64,000 nt of DNA from Dehalococcoidia bacterium (lineage in GTDB: Bacteria; Chloroflexota; Dehalococcoidia; UBA2979), in NCBI GenBank assembly GCA_020845735.1, contig JADLFF010000037.1, positions 2,615 to 66,614 on the forward strand, read 5' to 3'. Position numbers and translations under genes: made by a program. Positions 17,376 to 26,200 of the stretch are shown here, one piece after another. Each line of letters begins with the position of its first letter. Position 1 is the first letter of the stretch. The notes under the pieces are model-generated. The model saw only the letters and a list, made by a program, of their open reading frames with translations. It was not told where the DNA came from and ran no database searches.

Positions 17376-20300
17376 GCGCGTCTCCTTCAGCTGGAAGCAG
17401 GTCGTTGAGTCCGGCTGCTCCCAGCAATCGATACGGCTTGAACTTTTCCGTGCGCCCCAGCGCCCACTCTTCGTGGCGGAACAGGGCGCGGTTGTCCGCG
17501 AGCCGGCTGGCGACAGGTGAGTCGAAGAGCGAGTTGGAGTCGGCCTCGGGTACCCGGAGGGATGCCCGTAGGTCGAATCGCGACGTTCCCTGGCGGCCGA
17601 GAACGCGTTCAACGGCAGTCAGGCCATCCGTCCATGCGATCACGTGCCACCCTTGGTCCGGACCCTCGTCCGCGAGGCGTAACAAAGAGGTCGCCTCGGG
17701 TGTCTGCTGGTATGCATCGGGACCGCGGAGCTCGCGCCAGCGCTGGAGGCCAGTCACGACCAGGTAGCGAGGGCCGCGGGTTGCGTCGCTCGCGGCGAGG
17801 CGTGCATCGAGGTCCTCGAGGGCCGCGCCTAGCGCGGACCCAGCCTCGCGTGGCCCCGCGACCGAAACCTGGTTCGGGATGCGCTGCTGAAGCGCTGCCA
17901 TGACGCTGGACAGTGGACCGGTGCGTGCGAAGTCGAGGACGTAGAACGCAGCATCGGGCTGTTCGAGCGCGAGCGACACGACCACGGCTTCGAGGAGACC
18001 GTAGGCGTCAAGCTCGTCCGGGCCCGCGATCAGAAGGTTATTGCGAGGGAAGCGCTCAAAGCGTGCCGCTGTCGGCCCTTTGACTTCGACGGGTTCACCG
18101 AGGAACGCCTCGGCGGTGTCAGGGTCGGGTCGCCAAGCGCCGATCCGCAGCTCCTGCAACCTGGGATTTCCGGTCAACGAGGCCGGCGTCGTGCCCTCAA
18201 AGGTCGCGGGTGGAGGGTGTGCGCCGCCGTCACGGTCGGCGATCGCGGTGACTCTGGCCCGATGCTCGTCGCCAGGAAGTAGGGCCACGCGGATCCGGTG
18301 GTTCGCCGCGGTGTGACCAAAGTCCTCGTTGAGGATCGCCTCCCCCGGCTCTTCGAGCCGGGATGCAGCAACGTTTCCGTCTCCGAGGATTGCAGTCGAC
18401 GTCGCGTCCGAACTCTTGAACGCGACTCTTAACGGCATCTGTTCGTAGACGCGAGTAAGGTATCCCGACACGCCGGCCGGGGTTTGCGACGCCAGCAAGA
18501 CGTGGATCCCGAAGCCGCGGCCACGTCGGACCAAGTCCTCGAGAATCGCCCCGGCCTCGCGGCCGAGTTGGTCCTCGTCTGAGACGAGGACCTGGAACTC
18601 GTCCACGACCAGAAGGAGGCGAGGCATCGTGCCACCACGTGCACGGAACTCCGTGTATTGCGAGGCCCCAGCTTCTCGGAAGCGGCTCCCCCGGGCCTCG
18701 ATCTGAGCACGGAGGTCGCGAAGCACGCTGAGCGCGAACTCCCGATCGGTAGCCTGAGTAACCGCGCGAGCGTGCGGAAGCGCGAGGTAGTCGACGAACG
18801 AGACTCCTTCTTTGAGGTCAAGGAGGTAGAGGCCTAGCTCATCCGGCGAGTACCGAGACGCCAGTTGATCGATGAGGAGAAGGAGAAGGTTGGTCTTGCC
18901 TGACCCGACCATGCCGCCGACGAGGGCGTTGTGGATTGTGCCGGTGCCGAGGTGGAAGCTAGTGCTCTCGCCTTCGAGTGCCATTCCGATGGGCACCGAT
19001 AGGCCGTCGGCCGTGCTTGCGGCCCAGTCAATTGGGACAAGTACATCCGAAGAATCGAGCGCTCGGGGCCGCCCGAAGGCAGCGCGAACCCCGTCGAGCG
19101 CCGATTCGACGGTCGCTGCGTCCGGAATCTTCGACGGTACCAACGGAAAGTCCCCTAACAGGGCGCCGGGCAAATGCACGACGCCGACCTCGTTGACCTC
19201 CAAACGGCCCCACGGTCGGAAGGCATCGGCCAGCTTCATGTCGCGTGGCATTGGTGCGGCGGGGTCGAGTGTGGCTACGACGTGGAATCCTGCCCGCGGC
19301 CCGTTCCGGGCAAGGCGCGCAAGCAAATCGAGTGCCCGCTCGGTCCAGCCACCTGCAGGCAGTCTCAAGATCGCAACCAGGCGGTGCGGCTGCGCTAGCG
19401 CTGGGTTCGCTGCGTTGTACTCGTGGATCGTCGAGAAGCGCGCACCGAGCCGCGTCTGAAGCACGTCCTCACACTCCCGAGCGAGCGTCTCGAGCTCACG
19501 CTCGATTTCGTTTGAGCTCGTCAGGACGCGCTCCCCACGGATCGCGGGCGGGAGAGACAAGAAGGCGGATAAACCTTGGCCGGCGCCTACGGGATCAATC
19601 AAGGTCAGCCGAATAGCACCGGATGCGCTACCGGTGACCAGCTGGAACACGGTGGCACGAAGTAGGTCATCGCGATAAGCAGCGGGTCCGCCGTCGATGC
19701 CGAGGTGCCTTTGAGATAGCAGGAAGAACACCGCCAATGGGCCGAGGTCGTTCTGGAAGTCGATTGCTCCGATTCGTGCCGTGACCCCGTGGCGCAGAGG
19801 ATCTCCCGCAAGCGCGTCGAGCATGACGCGGATGATCGGCGGCGCACCACCCCCCAGCATCCGGACCATCTCTTCGAACGCTGCGACCGCCTCCTCGTGC
19901 CGTCCGAGTTGCGTGAGCTGGATCGCGCTGCTCATCAGAGTCCGGTCAGGCTGTTTGCGTCCTGCAACCGCAGGGTCCTGGACAGCCGCGATGACCGCAG
20001 GCGGCGGTGCAGCGACTCGAACGCCACCTTTCGCCTCAACCGCCCACGTCCCACTTAGCGAATCGTGCCAAGTGCGCTTTTCTGGGTGCCAAGCTGCCCA
20101 GACGTAGCCCAATCCGAGCGAGAGTAGGCTTAGAAATGAGGCGAGAAGCCGACCAAGCGCGCGCCCAGCACCGGGCCGATTGCCCTCTGAGTCGACTAGG
20201 CGAACGCCCACGAGCATGTGGCCCAGCGTTTGGCCACGTGCCCAGAAGAACCAGAAGTAGGCTACGAACACGACATTGCTGATGAGCTGTCGTGCTTGAT

Positions 20301-20499
20301 CGTTTTGGCCGAGGATCGCGCTGACGACTGAGATCAGGACACCGTCGATGATGTGACCGATCGCACGAGCCCAAAAGCCAGCGTAGACGCGGTCAGTCGG
20401 CGTCGCCGTTGATGGACGCACGTTCTGAGCTGCGCCGCAATGCGTGCAGAACGCCGCGCCTGCGGCAACCTCACGACTACAACTCGGGCAAGACGCCAT
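17368..20499 (-). CDS. FtsK/SpoIIIE-family ATPase with three P-loop domains (EccC/EssC-like) fused to N-terminal zinc-ribbon + RDD membrane domain
   Basis: N-terminus: CPSCSREVAAGAAFCTHCGA (Zn-ribbon), then an RDD pattern (YAGFWARAIGHIIDGVL...GQTLGHMLVGVRLVD...RTWHDSLSGTWAV). Domain 2 has canonical Walker A GGMVGSGKTNLLL and Walker B LLLVVDEFQVL. Domains 1 (VGAGQGLS) and 3 are degenerate, as in EccC D2/D3. Confidence 0.75.
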   Translation of the reverse strand: MASCPSCSREVAAGAAFCTHCGAAQNVRPSTATPTDRVYAGFWARAIGHIIDGVLISVVSAILGQNDQARQLISNVVFVAYFWFFWARGQTLGHMLVGVRLVDSEGNRPGAGRALGRLLASFLSLLSLGLGYVWAAWHPEKRTWHDSLSGTWAVEAKGGVRVAAPPPAVIAAVQDPAVAGRKQPDRTLMSSAIQLTQLGRHEEAVAAFEEMVRMLGGGAPPIIRVMLDALAGDPLRHGVTARIGAIDFQNDLGPLAVFFLLSQRHLGIDGGPAAYRDDLLRATVFQLVTGSASGAIRLTLIDPVGAGQGLSAFLSLPPAIRGERVLTSSNEIERELETLARECEDVLQTRLGARFSTIHEYNAANPALAQPHRLVAILRLPAGGWTERALDLLARLARNGPRAGFHVVATLDPAAPMPRDMKLADAFRPWGRLEVNEVGVVHLPGALLGDFPLVPSKIPDAATVESALDGVRAAFGRPRALDSSDVLVPIDWAASTADGLSVPIGMALEGESTSFHLGTGTIHNALVGGMVGSGKTNLLLLLIDQLASRYSPDELGLYLLDLKEGVSFVDYLALPHARAVTQATDREFALSVLRDLRAQIEARGSRFREAGASQYTEFRARGGTMPRLLLVVDEFQVLVSDEDQLGREAGAILEDLVRRGRGFGIHVLLASQTPAGVSGYLTRVYEQMPLRVAFKSSDATSTAILGDGNVAASRLEEPGEAILNEDFGHTAANHRIRVALLPGDEHRARVTAIADRDGGAHPPPATFEGTTPASLTGNPRLQELRIGAWRPDPDTAEAFLGEPVEVKGPTAARFERFPRNNLLIAGPDELDAYGLLEAVVVSLALEQPDAAFYVLDFARTGPLSSVMAALQQRIPNQVSVAGPREAGSALGAALEDLDARLAASDATRGPRYLVVTGLQRWRELRGPDAYQQTPEATSLLRLADEGPDQGWHVIAWTDGLTAVERVLGRQGTSRFDLRASLRVPEADSNSLFDSPVASRLADNRALFRHEEWALGRTEKFKPYRLLGAAGLNDLLPAEGDAHE

Positions 20500-20799
20500 G
20501 TCGGCAGTTATACGTGGTTGCGCGACATCGATCGAGGAAAATCCAGAAATCGATCCGGTCCGCCAAACACACCTGTTGGGAGCCCAGCCGCGGAGGCGAC
20601 CGGCGCCGGGTGAAGACTACACGCGCTACCCGGCGTGATGAAGTCCCCGCCGCGCGCTGGGCAGCAGCGCCGAGCGCGGTAGAATCCCCAGGTCCGTTGT
20701 CGTTCGGGCATGACCGGAGGACTCGTTCACCTGCCCTGCAGGCAGGGCTGCCTCATCAGATTCGGCCCGGCACCTCGAGGCGCGATTCGCGGGCGAGTT

Positions 20800-20855
20800 G
20801 CCTCGGGAGACTTCTAATCCGCAGGTCCCAGGTTCGAATCCTGGCGGGGGCGCCA
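20800..20855 (+). repeat. 56-nt tRNA-like mini-element, copy B (T-arm CCAGG-TTCGAAT-CCTGG, acceptor CGGGGGC-G-CCA)
   Basis: Same architecture as copy A. The T-stem differs from copy A by compensatory changes on both strands (GGAGG/CCTCC versus CCAGG/CCTGG). Preceded by palindrome CCCTGCAGGCAGGG (20731–20744). Confidence 0.45.
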
Positions 20856-21026
20856 GCTGTCCGACCACCCACCCCCGTCGAGGGCAGCCCAACGCGATCC
20901 CACAGGCGATCCCGACGCGCATCCCTCGCGGCCACCTCCGGCCGCGCCGAACCTGACAGCGCTTCACGGCGCCCACAAAACGCGTATATAGTCCCGAGGC
21001 ATTACGCCCGCATTCCCGGAGGGCTC

Positions 21027-21605
21027 ATGTCCCACCGCACCTGGATGACCGCAACGTTCGCGACGTGGTGCCTGCTCGTCGCAGCGTGCGGAGGCGAGAC
21101 CGCGCCCACCGTCGACAGGACCGACGTCGCCACCAAGGGCGTCACCGACAAGACCGGCTCAGGGTCGAGTTCGTCCAGCGGATCGACCGCGAGCAAGGCG
21201 GCCACCGGCAAGAAGCTCCCCGGAGGCGTGTGCCAGCTCCTCACGGTCGCCGAGGTCGAGGCCGTGGTGAAGTCGGGCCAGACGCTCACGACGGTGGAGA
21301 GTGCGCCCGATCCCACCAGCGAGCGGAGCTGCATCTTCGTGGTAGCCGGTGCGGCGCCGATCGTGGCCCTGTCGCTCCAGGGTGAGCTCGAGCCACTCGA
21401 CTGGCCCGCGATCAAGGCGCTGCCCGGGGCGAAGACCGTGTCAGCCCGGGGTGGCGAAGCCGTGTTCTGGCCGACGACCAACGTGCTGTACGTGCAGAAG
21501 AACGGCCTGGCGGTGACCGTCCAGGTCGTCGTTGCACCCAGCGGCGAGACCGTCGAGTCCGCCTCGAGCAAGCTGGCGCAGCCCATCGTCGACCGGCTGC
21601 CATGA
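21027..21605 (+). CDS. Lipoprotein (signal peptide + LVAAC lipobox), paralog 1
   Basis: MSHRTWMTATFATWCLLVAACGG lipoprotein signal, then S/T-rich linker and CQLLTVAEVEAVV core. Track ORF 20409.. trimmed to ATG 21027. Confidence 0.55.
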   Translation: MSHRTWMTATFATWCLLVAACGGETAPTVDRTDVATKGVTDKTGSGSSSSSGSTASKAATGKKLPGGVCQLLTVAEVEAVVKSGQTLTTVESAPDPTSERSCIFVVAGAAPIVALSLQGELEPLDWPAIKALPGAKTVSARGGEAVFWPTTNVLYVQKNGLAVTVQVVVAPSGETVESASSKLAQPIVDRLP

Positions 21606-21637
21606 CCCGGAGTCGCGAGTACGAGCGGGAGGTTCGA

Positions 21638-22210
21638 ATGAAGGCGATGAGCTGGCTGGTGTCCGGGGCGCTGCTGCTGCTCGCCTCGTGCGGGGGTACC
21701 GAGGTGGCACCGTCGTCCAGCGCGACGACGGCGGCCACCAGCGCCGCGAAGTCCGCATCGACGGCCGGCGCTGCTGCCACCGCGGTGAAGGCCGCCTCGA
21801 CGGCCGCGGCGACAGCCGCCGCCAAGGCCGGGGCCACCGCCGCCGACGCCTGTGCCCTGCTCACCGTCGAGGAGGTGGGCCGCGTCATGGGCGCCACCGG
21901 CGTGAAGGCCGAGGGCCAACCCGAGCTCGCGGGCGCCACGTACTGCACGTACCGCGACGCCAGCGGCAACCCGATCGTCGCCACGTCCTACCTCAAGGCC
22001 GGCGCGGCGGCGTTCAACGCCGTCTCGTCGGGGATGCAGGCCCAGTCGGGGATTGGTGACAGGGCCCAGTGGGACGACAACAGCGCGACGCTGCAGGTCC
22101 TCAAGGGCCAGACCGTCCACGCGATCACCGCCGGTGATGGCCGGATGGCCAACCCGCAGCGCCTCGATCTGGCGAAGCAGCTCGGCCAGATCGCCGCCGC
22201 GCGCCAGTAA
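21638..22210 (+). CDS. Lipoprotein (LLLLASCGG lipobox), paralog 2
   Basis: MKAMSWLVSGALLLLASCGG, then an Ala/Thr-rich linker and CALLTVEEVGRVM core, paralogous to 21027–21605. Start uncertain (21602 or 21638). Confidence 0.55.
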   Translation: MKAMSWLVSGALLLLASCGGTEVAPSSSATTAATSAAKSASTAGAAATAVKAASTAAATAAAKAGATAADACALLTVEEVGRVMGATGVKAEGQPELAGATYCTYRDASGNPIVATSYLKAGAAAFNAVSSGMQAQSGIGDRAQWDDNSATLQVLKGQTVHAITAGDGRMANPQRLDLAKQLGQIAAARQ

Positions 22211-22247
22211 CGCCCGAGGCGTTCGGGACGAGAGGAGCAGGCGCCGC

Positions 22248-24317
22248 ATGTCAGGTCTCGCTCGACTGGCAGCGGCCGGTGCGGCCGCGGCGATCGTCGC
22301 CGGGGCTGTGTACGTGCTGCTCCCGTTCGTCGCGCCCGACCCCCTCGATGGCTGCGCGATCGGTGGGCAGTTGCGCGACGCCGGGTTCTCCGACGACTTC
22401 GCGCAGATCATCTGCAGCTCGTCCACCGAGGTCTCGGCGGAGGGCGATCTGATCCGCATCGCACATCGAGTGCCCGCGCTGTCACTGCGCGAGGACACCC
22501 TCGTGGGCGTGCACCCGCAGCAGGCCGTGAGCGCGATCGACGGTCCGCGCCTCGATCTGGGATCGGGGCTGACGGGCTACGCCATCCACCATTCGGTTCA
22601 GCCGCTGCAGGGCGGCTATGACCGCTACGAGGCCATCTTCATCCCCTACGAGGGCAATCCGCCGGCCGTCATCGAGGAGTTGACGGGGCGACGGCAGAGC
22701 TCGAGGGCGGGTGGCGCGATTCCCATCGCGTTCACGCACGCCGCTGCCGAGACAGGGGGCGTGATCGTCTCGTCCGTGACGACGACCTCGGACGCGGCCG
22801 GGACCGCCGACACGAGTCCCAACCTCAACTCAGGCGGGGACGATCTTGGCAAGACCGCTCCGCGGCTGGACGACCCGAAGCTGGATGAAGTCCGCCGCGA
22901 GTTCGCCAACAACCCACAGAAGGCCGAGCTGCGCACCGCGATGACGCCCGAGGAGTCCGAGGCGCTCCGGCGCTATCTCGAGTCACCGGCGGGCCAGGAC
23001 CTGACTCGCAGGCAGGAGGCGTTCACCCGTGAGCTCGAGTCGCGGCGCGCGGCCTACGAGCTGGGACGCTACGGCGAGACCACGGAGCAGGCGGTGGAGC
23101 GCGTGATGGCCGAGCGCTCTCGCCAGTCCTCGAACCGCGCCACAGGGCGGGTCAATGTCGCCCTCTCGGGGCTGCAGGCGATCGCCGAGTGGATGCAGCA
23201 GGGACTCGACTACTTCGAGAATGACGCGGCGCTCCAGGCCGCCGAGGACTGCCACAACAACCCGACCAACCCGGTGGCTCAGAACGCCCAGCGGAATGAC
23301 CCGGAGAACTACAACCGGGCCCGCGAGCAGATCCGGGAAGCACGTTCCGAGAACAACTGGGACACGGGCGTCCGCGGGCTCGACACGGCTCGCGGGCTGG
23401 GCACGGCCGCGATCCCCGGGACCGCGGGACTCGCAGCAGGCGTGATGTCGACCGGCGCCCAGGGGACCCTGAGGCAACTGCAGCAGCAACGCACGCAGCA
23501 GGCCGTCTCGGGTGTCACCCCGTGCGATGAGCAGGCGACCGGCGGGGGCTCCAGCGCATCGAATCGAGGCCAGGGCTCGACGACTCCTCCGACGCCCACG
23601 CAGCCGACTCCTCCGCCCGGCACACCCACCGCCGAGGCCACGTCGCGCTCTCCCGGGCCGTCGGTGATCATCACGGTGACCGCGACTGCGACGGCCACCC
23701 CGCGCGCGCGGAACAGCGCCACGGTCCGTGTCGAGTACCTCCACCGTTTCGAGGGCTCCGACCACCACATCACCTACGTCGCCACCGCCGACCTCTCGAA
23801 CCTCCTCCCAATCCGGGATGCGACGGGGCGCACGATCGCCGAGTACCCCGATGTGTCGTTCCGGGGTGAGGGGGTGGGCGCCTACGATGAGCAGGGCACG
23901 GCGACTGACGGGAGCGGCGCGCGATGTGGCGTCGCACGTGATGGCTTCGTTCCGATGAAGCTCGAGGTGTGGGTGGAGAGTCGCACAGTCAACGTCCATA
24001 TTGCGGGACCCGTCCGTCGAGGCGAGATCGGCGACGTGACGTACTGTCCCCACAATGTGAGCGACGGTACCAACGCCAGCGTCTCCTGCACCTTCGAGAA
24101 CGTCGACTTCCCGCCGGCCGGTGCCTTCCCGTATCGCGCAACGGTCGGCGAGGCGTCGAGCGGCCCCGGGTTCGTCAACCAGGAGCTCTGCACCCTCGAG
24201 TTGGCGCCGCTGTTCTGGCACGACGGTCGGATCGTGACGCGTCCGCGGGAGCCCGAGGGGTTCGGCGTCGCAGCGCCGACGCAGGTACCCATCCCGGCGC
24301 AGACCCCCGGGCCCTGA
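22248..24317 (+). CDS. Large membrane-anchored hypothetical protein (N-terminal TM helix; Pro/Thr-rich linker; Cys-containing C-terminal domain)
   Basis: ATG at 22248 with GAGGAG RBS. N-terminal hydrophobic helix AAAAIVAGAVYVLLPFVA. PTPTQPTPPPGTPT linker. No recognisable catalytic motif. Confidence 0.5.
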   Translation: MSGLARLAAAGAAAAIVAGAVYVLLPFVAPDPLDGCAIGGQLRDAGFSDDFAQIICSSSTEVSAEGDLIRIAHRVPALSLREDTLVGVHPQQAVSAIDGPRLDLGSGLTGYAIHHSVQPLQGGYDRYEAIFIPYEGNPPAVIEELTGRRQSSRAGGAIPIAFTHAAAETGGVIVSSVTTTSDAAGTADTSPNLNSGGDDLGKTAPRLDDPKLDEVRREFANNPQKAELRTAMTPEESEALRRYLESPAGQDLTRRQEAFTRELESRRAAYELGRYGETTEQAVERVMAERSRQSSNRATGRVNVALSGLQAIAEWMQQGLDYFENDAALQAAEDCHNNPTNPVAQNAQRNDPENYNRAREQIREARSENNWDTGVRGLDTARGLGTAAIPGTAGLAAGVMSTGAQGTLRQLQQQRTQQAVSGVTPCDEQATGGGSSASNRGQGSTTPPTPTQPTPPPGTPTAEATSRSPGPSVIITVTATATATPRARNSATVRVEYLHRFEGSDHHITYVATADLSNLLPIRDATGRTIAEYPDVSFRGEGVGAYDEQGTATDGSGARCGVARDGFVPMKLEVWVESRTVNVHIAGPVRRGEIGDVTYCPHNVSDGTNASVSCTFENVDFPPAGAFPYRATVGEASSGPGFVNQELCTLELAPLFWHDGRIVTRPREPEGFGVAAPTQVPIPAQTPGP

Positions 24318-24439
24318 TTCGCGTCGCCCCTCGAGGCGTGCCACGGGCATGCCAGCGACATATGCGAATGTTTGCAACAGCACCGGTGGTTGCTAGGCTG
24401 CGCCGCGAACCAGCGGATTGCACCGAGAGGAGCACGGAC

Positions 24440-24829
24440 ATGGCATCCGCACGAGAGCTGCGCGAGACGATTGCGAAGAACCGCCAGGCGCTCGTCGAGG
24501 CGGTCGAGGCGGCCGGGGGCAACTGGGATGCCGGCGGCGACACCGGTGCTCGGGCCGTCGCGGCCGGCGTCATGCGCGCCGAGGCCGAGCGCGCCTCGCA
24601 GGCCGCCGCCATCCTCGGCGGGAACCCCGTCGCGACGCAGGACTGGCCCCGAGGCACCGCGGCAGAGGCCGCCGAGGCGATTCGGCAGCTGGGCGCGGAA
24701 GCGGACAAGCGGTTCAGCTGGGCCGAGGACCGCGACCTGGGGAAGGCTCAGGGTGGCGTGACCCTGGAGCAGGTGCTGCAGGCGCATGCGTCCGCACTGA
24801 CCGAGGCGGCTGCCCAGCTCCGAGGCTAG
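24440..24829 (+). CDS. Hypothetical protein (129 aa, helical)
   Basis: ATG with GAGAGG RBS. Track ORF 23969.. is trimmed because its upstream part is Arg-rich shadow sequence. Confidence 0.4.
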   Translation: MASARELRETIAKNRQALVEAVEAAGGNWDAGGDTGARAVAAGVMRAEAERASQAAAILGGNPVATQDWPRGTAAEAAEAIRQLGAEADKRFSWAEDRDLGKAQGGVTLEQVLQAHASALTEAAAQLRG

Positions 24830-24884
24830 CTCGGGGAGCGCGGCGCGACCGTTGGCGTGCCGGCATCTCGCTCAGCGGTAGGCG

Positions 24885-24908
24885 GCGGAGCGCAGGATTG
24901 CGAGGTCC
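24885..24908. terminator. Bidirectional terminator-like hairpin GCGCAGGA-ttgcgagg-TCCTGCGC between convergent genes
   Basis: 8-bp perfect inverted repeat in the 105-bp gap between 24829 (+) and 24935 (-). Confidence 0.25.
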
Positions 24909-24934
24909 TGCGCTCCCATCGTCCGACCGACACG

Positions 24935-26200
24935 TCACTCCGCGCGCAGGGCCGCGATCGGGTCGAGCTGGCTCGCGTGCCACGCGGGGTAGATCCCGCT
25001 CAGCACGCCGATCGTGACGGCCACCGCAAAGGCGAGCAGCGCGCTCCACGCCTGCACCGACGTCGTGATCTCCTGGCCCGAGATGGTGCGGCCATCGAGC
25101 CAGAGCGCCGTGCCGACACCGACGGCGACCCCCAGGATGCCGCCGCCGATCGTGAGCGCCAGCGCCTCGGCGATGAACTGCTCCACGATGTCGGCGCTGG
25201 ACGCACCGACAGCCAGCCGGATCCCGATCTCCCTCGTCCGTTCCGTGACGCTTACCAGCATGATGTTCATCACCCCGATCGCGCCGACGACGAGCGAGAT
25301 GCCCGCGATGCTGCCGAGGAGGATCGACATCGTCGTCGTCACCTCGCTCACCGTCCCGAGCAGGTCGTCCTGCGTCTGCACCGTGAAGTCGGCGGTCGCC
25401 ACCGCGTGCTTCACCGTCAGCAGGTCGGAGATCGCGAGCTTCACCTGTTCCTGGTCGGTGCCGGCGGTCGTGCGGACGTTGATCTGGTTCACCGAGACCT
25501 GGCCCGTGGGATTGCGCACGAAGGTCATCAGCCGCGCTTGCACCGTCGAGATCGGCACGAACACGTAGTCGTCCACCGAGCCGGTGCTCGTGCCGCCCTG
25601 CGAGGCCATCACGCCCACGACCTTGAAGTCGAAGCCCAGGCCCCCGCTCGGCCCGCCGAAGGCCATGCGGATGCTCTCACCCACCGCGCCGCCGTACGGG
25701 AACAGGGACTCCGAGACGTTGGCGCCGAGGACCACCGTGAGCGCTCGGCTGTCCACGTCCTGGTCGGAGATGAACGCGCCGTCGGCGACCGCGGCCGACC
25801 GGACATCCGGGTAGGCAGCCGTCGTGCCGATCATCTCCACGCGCTGGTTGGTGCTCCCCGACACCAGCTGAGCGCCGAAGCTGAGCTGAGGCGCCACCGC
25901 CTCGACGCCCGTGATCCCCGCGGACGCGATGGCCTCCGCGTCGTCGAGCGTGAGGGTGACCGCGGAGCCCGCGCCGCCGCCCGCGCCTCCACTCTGCGTG
26001 GTGCCCGGCCTGACGAACACCAGGTCCGAGCCGAGCCCTCGGATCTGCGACTCGACCCCCTTCTGCGTGCCCTGCCCCACCGCGACGAGGACGATCACCG
26101 AGCCCACCCCGATGACCATGCCCAGCGTCGTGAGGAGACTGCGCAGGCGGTTGCTCGAGAGGGCGCGGAGCGCGATGCGGGTCGCCGCAAGCGCGCTCAC
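24935..26200 (-). CDS. ABC transporter permease (MacB/FtsX-like)
   Basis: N-terminal TM helix, large periplasmic loop, three C-terminal TM helices. IALRALSSNRLRSLLTTLGMVIGVGSVI start typical of MacB-like permeases. Confidence 0.85.
   Translation of the reverse strand: MSALAATRIALRALSSNRLRSLLTTLGMVIGVGSVIVLVAVGQGTQKGVESQIRGLGSDLVFVRPGTTQSGGAGGGAGSAVTLTLDDAEAIASAGITGVEAVAPQLSFGAQLVSGSTNQRVEMIGTTAAYPDVRSAAVADGAFISDQDVDSRALTVVLGANVSESLFPYGGAVGESIRMAFGGPSGGLGFDFKVVGVMASQGGTSTGSVDDYVFVPISTVQARLMTFVRNPTGQVSVNQINVRTTAGTDQEQVKLAISDLLTVKHAVATADFTVQTQDDLLGTVSEVTTTMSILLGSIAGISLVVGAIGVMNIMLVSVTERTREIGIRLAVGASSADIVEQFIAEALALTIGGGILGVAVGVGTALWLDGRTISGQEITTSVQAWSALLAFAVAVTIGVLSGIYPAWHASQLDPIAALRAE

Noticed and set aside
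21002-24383. 498-aa and 466-aa minus-strand ORFs across the lipoprotein and membrane-protein region
   Set aside because: Gly/Arg/Ala-rich with no motifs, overlapping better-supported plus-strand genes that have signal peptides and RBSs. Treated as shadow ORFs.
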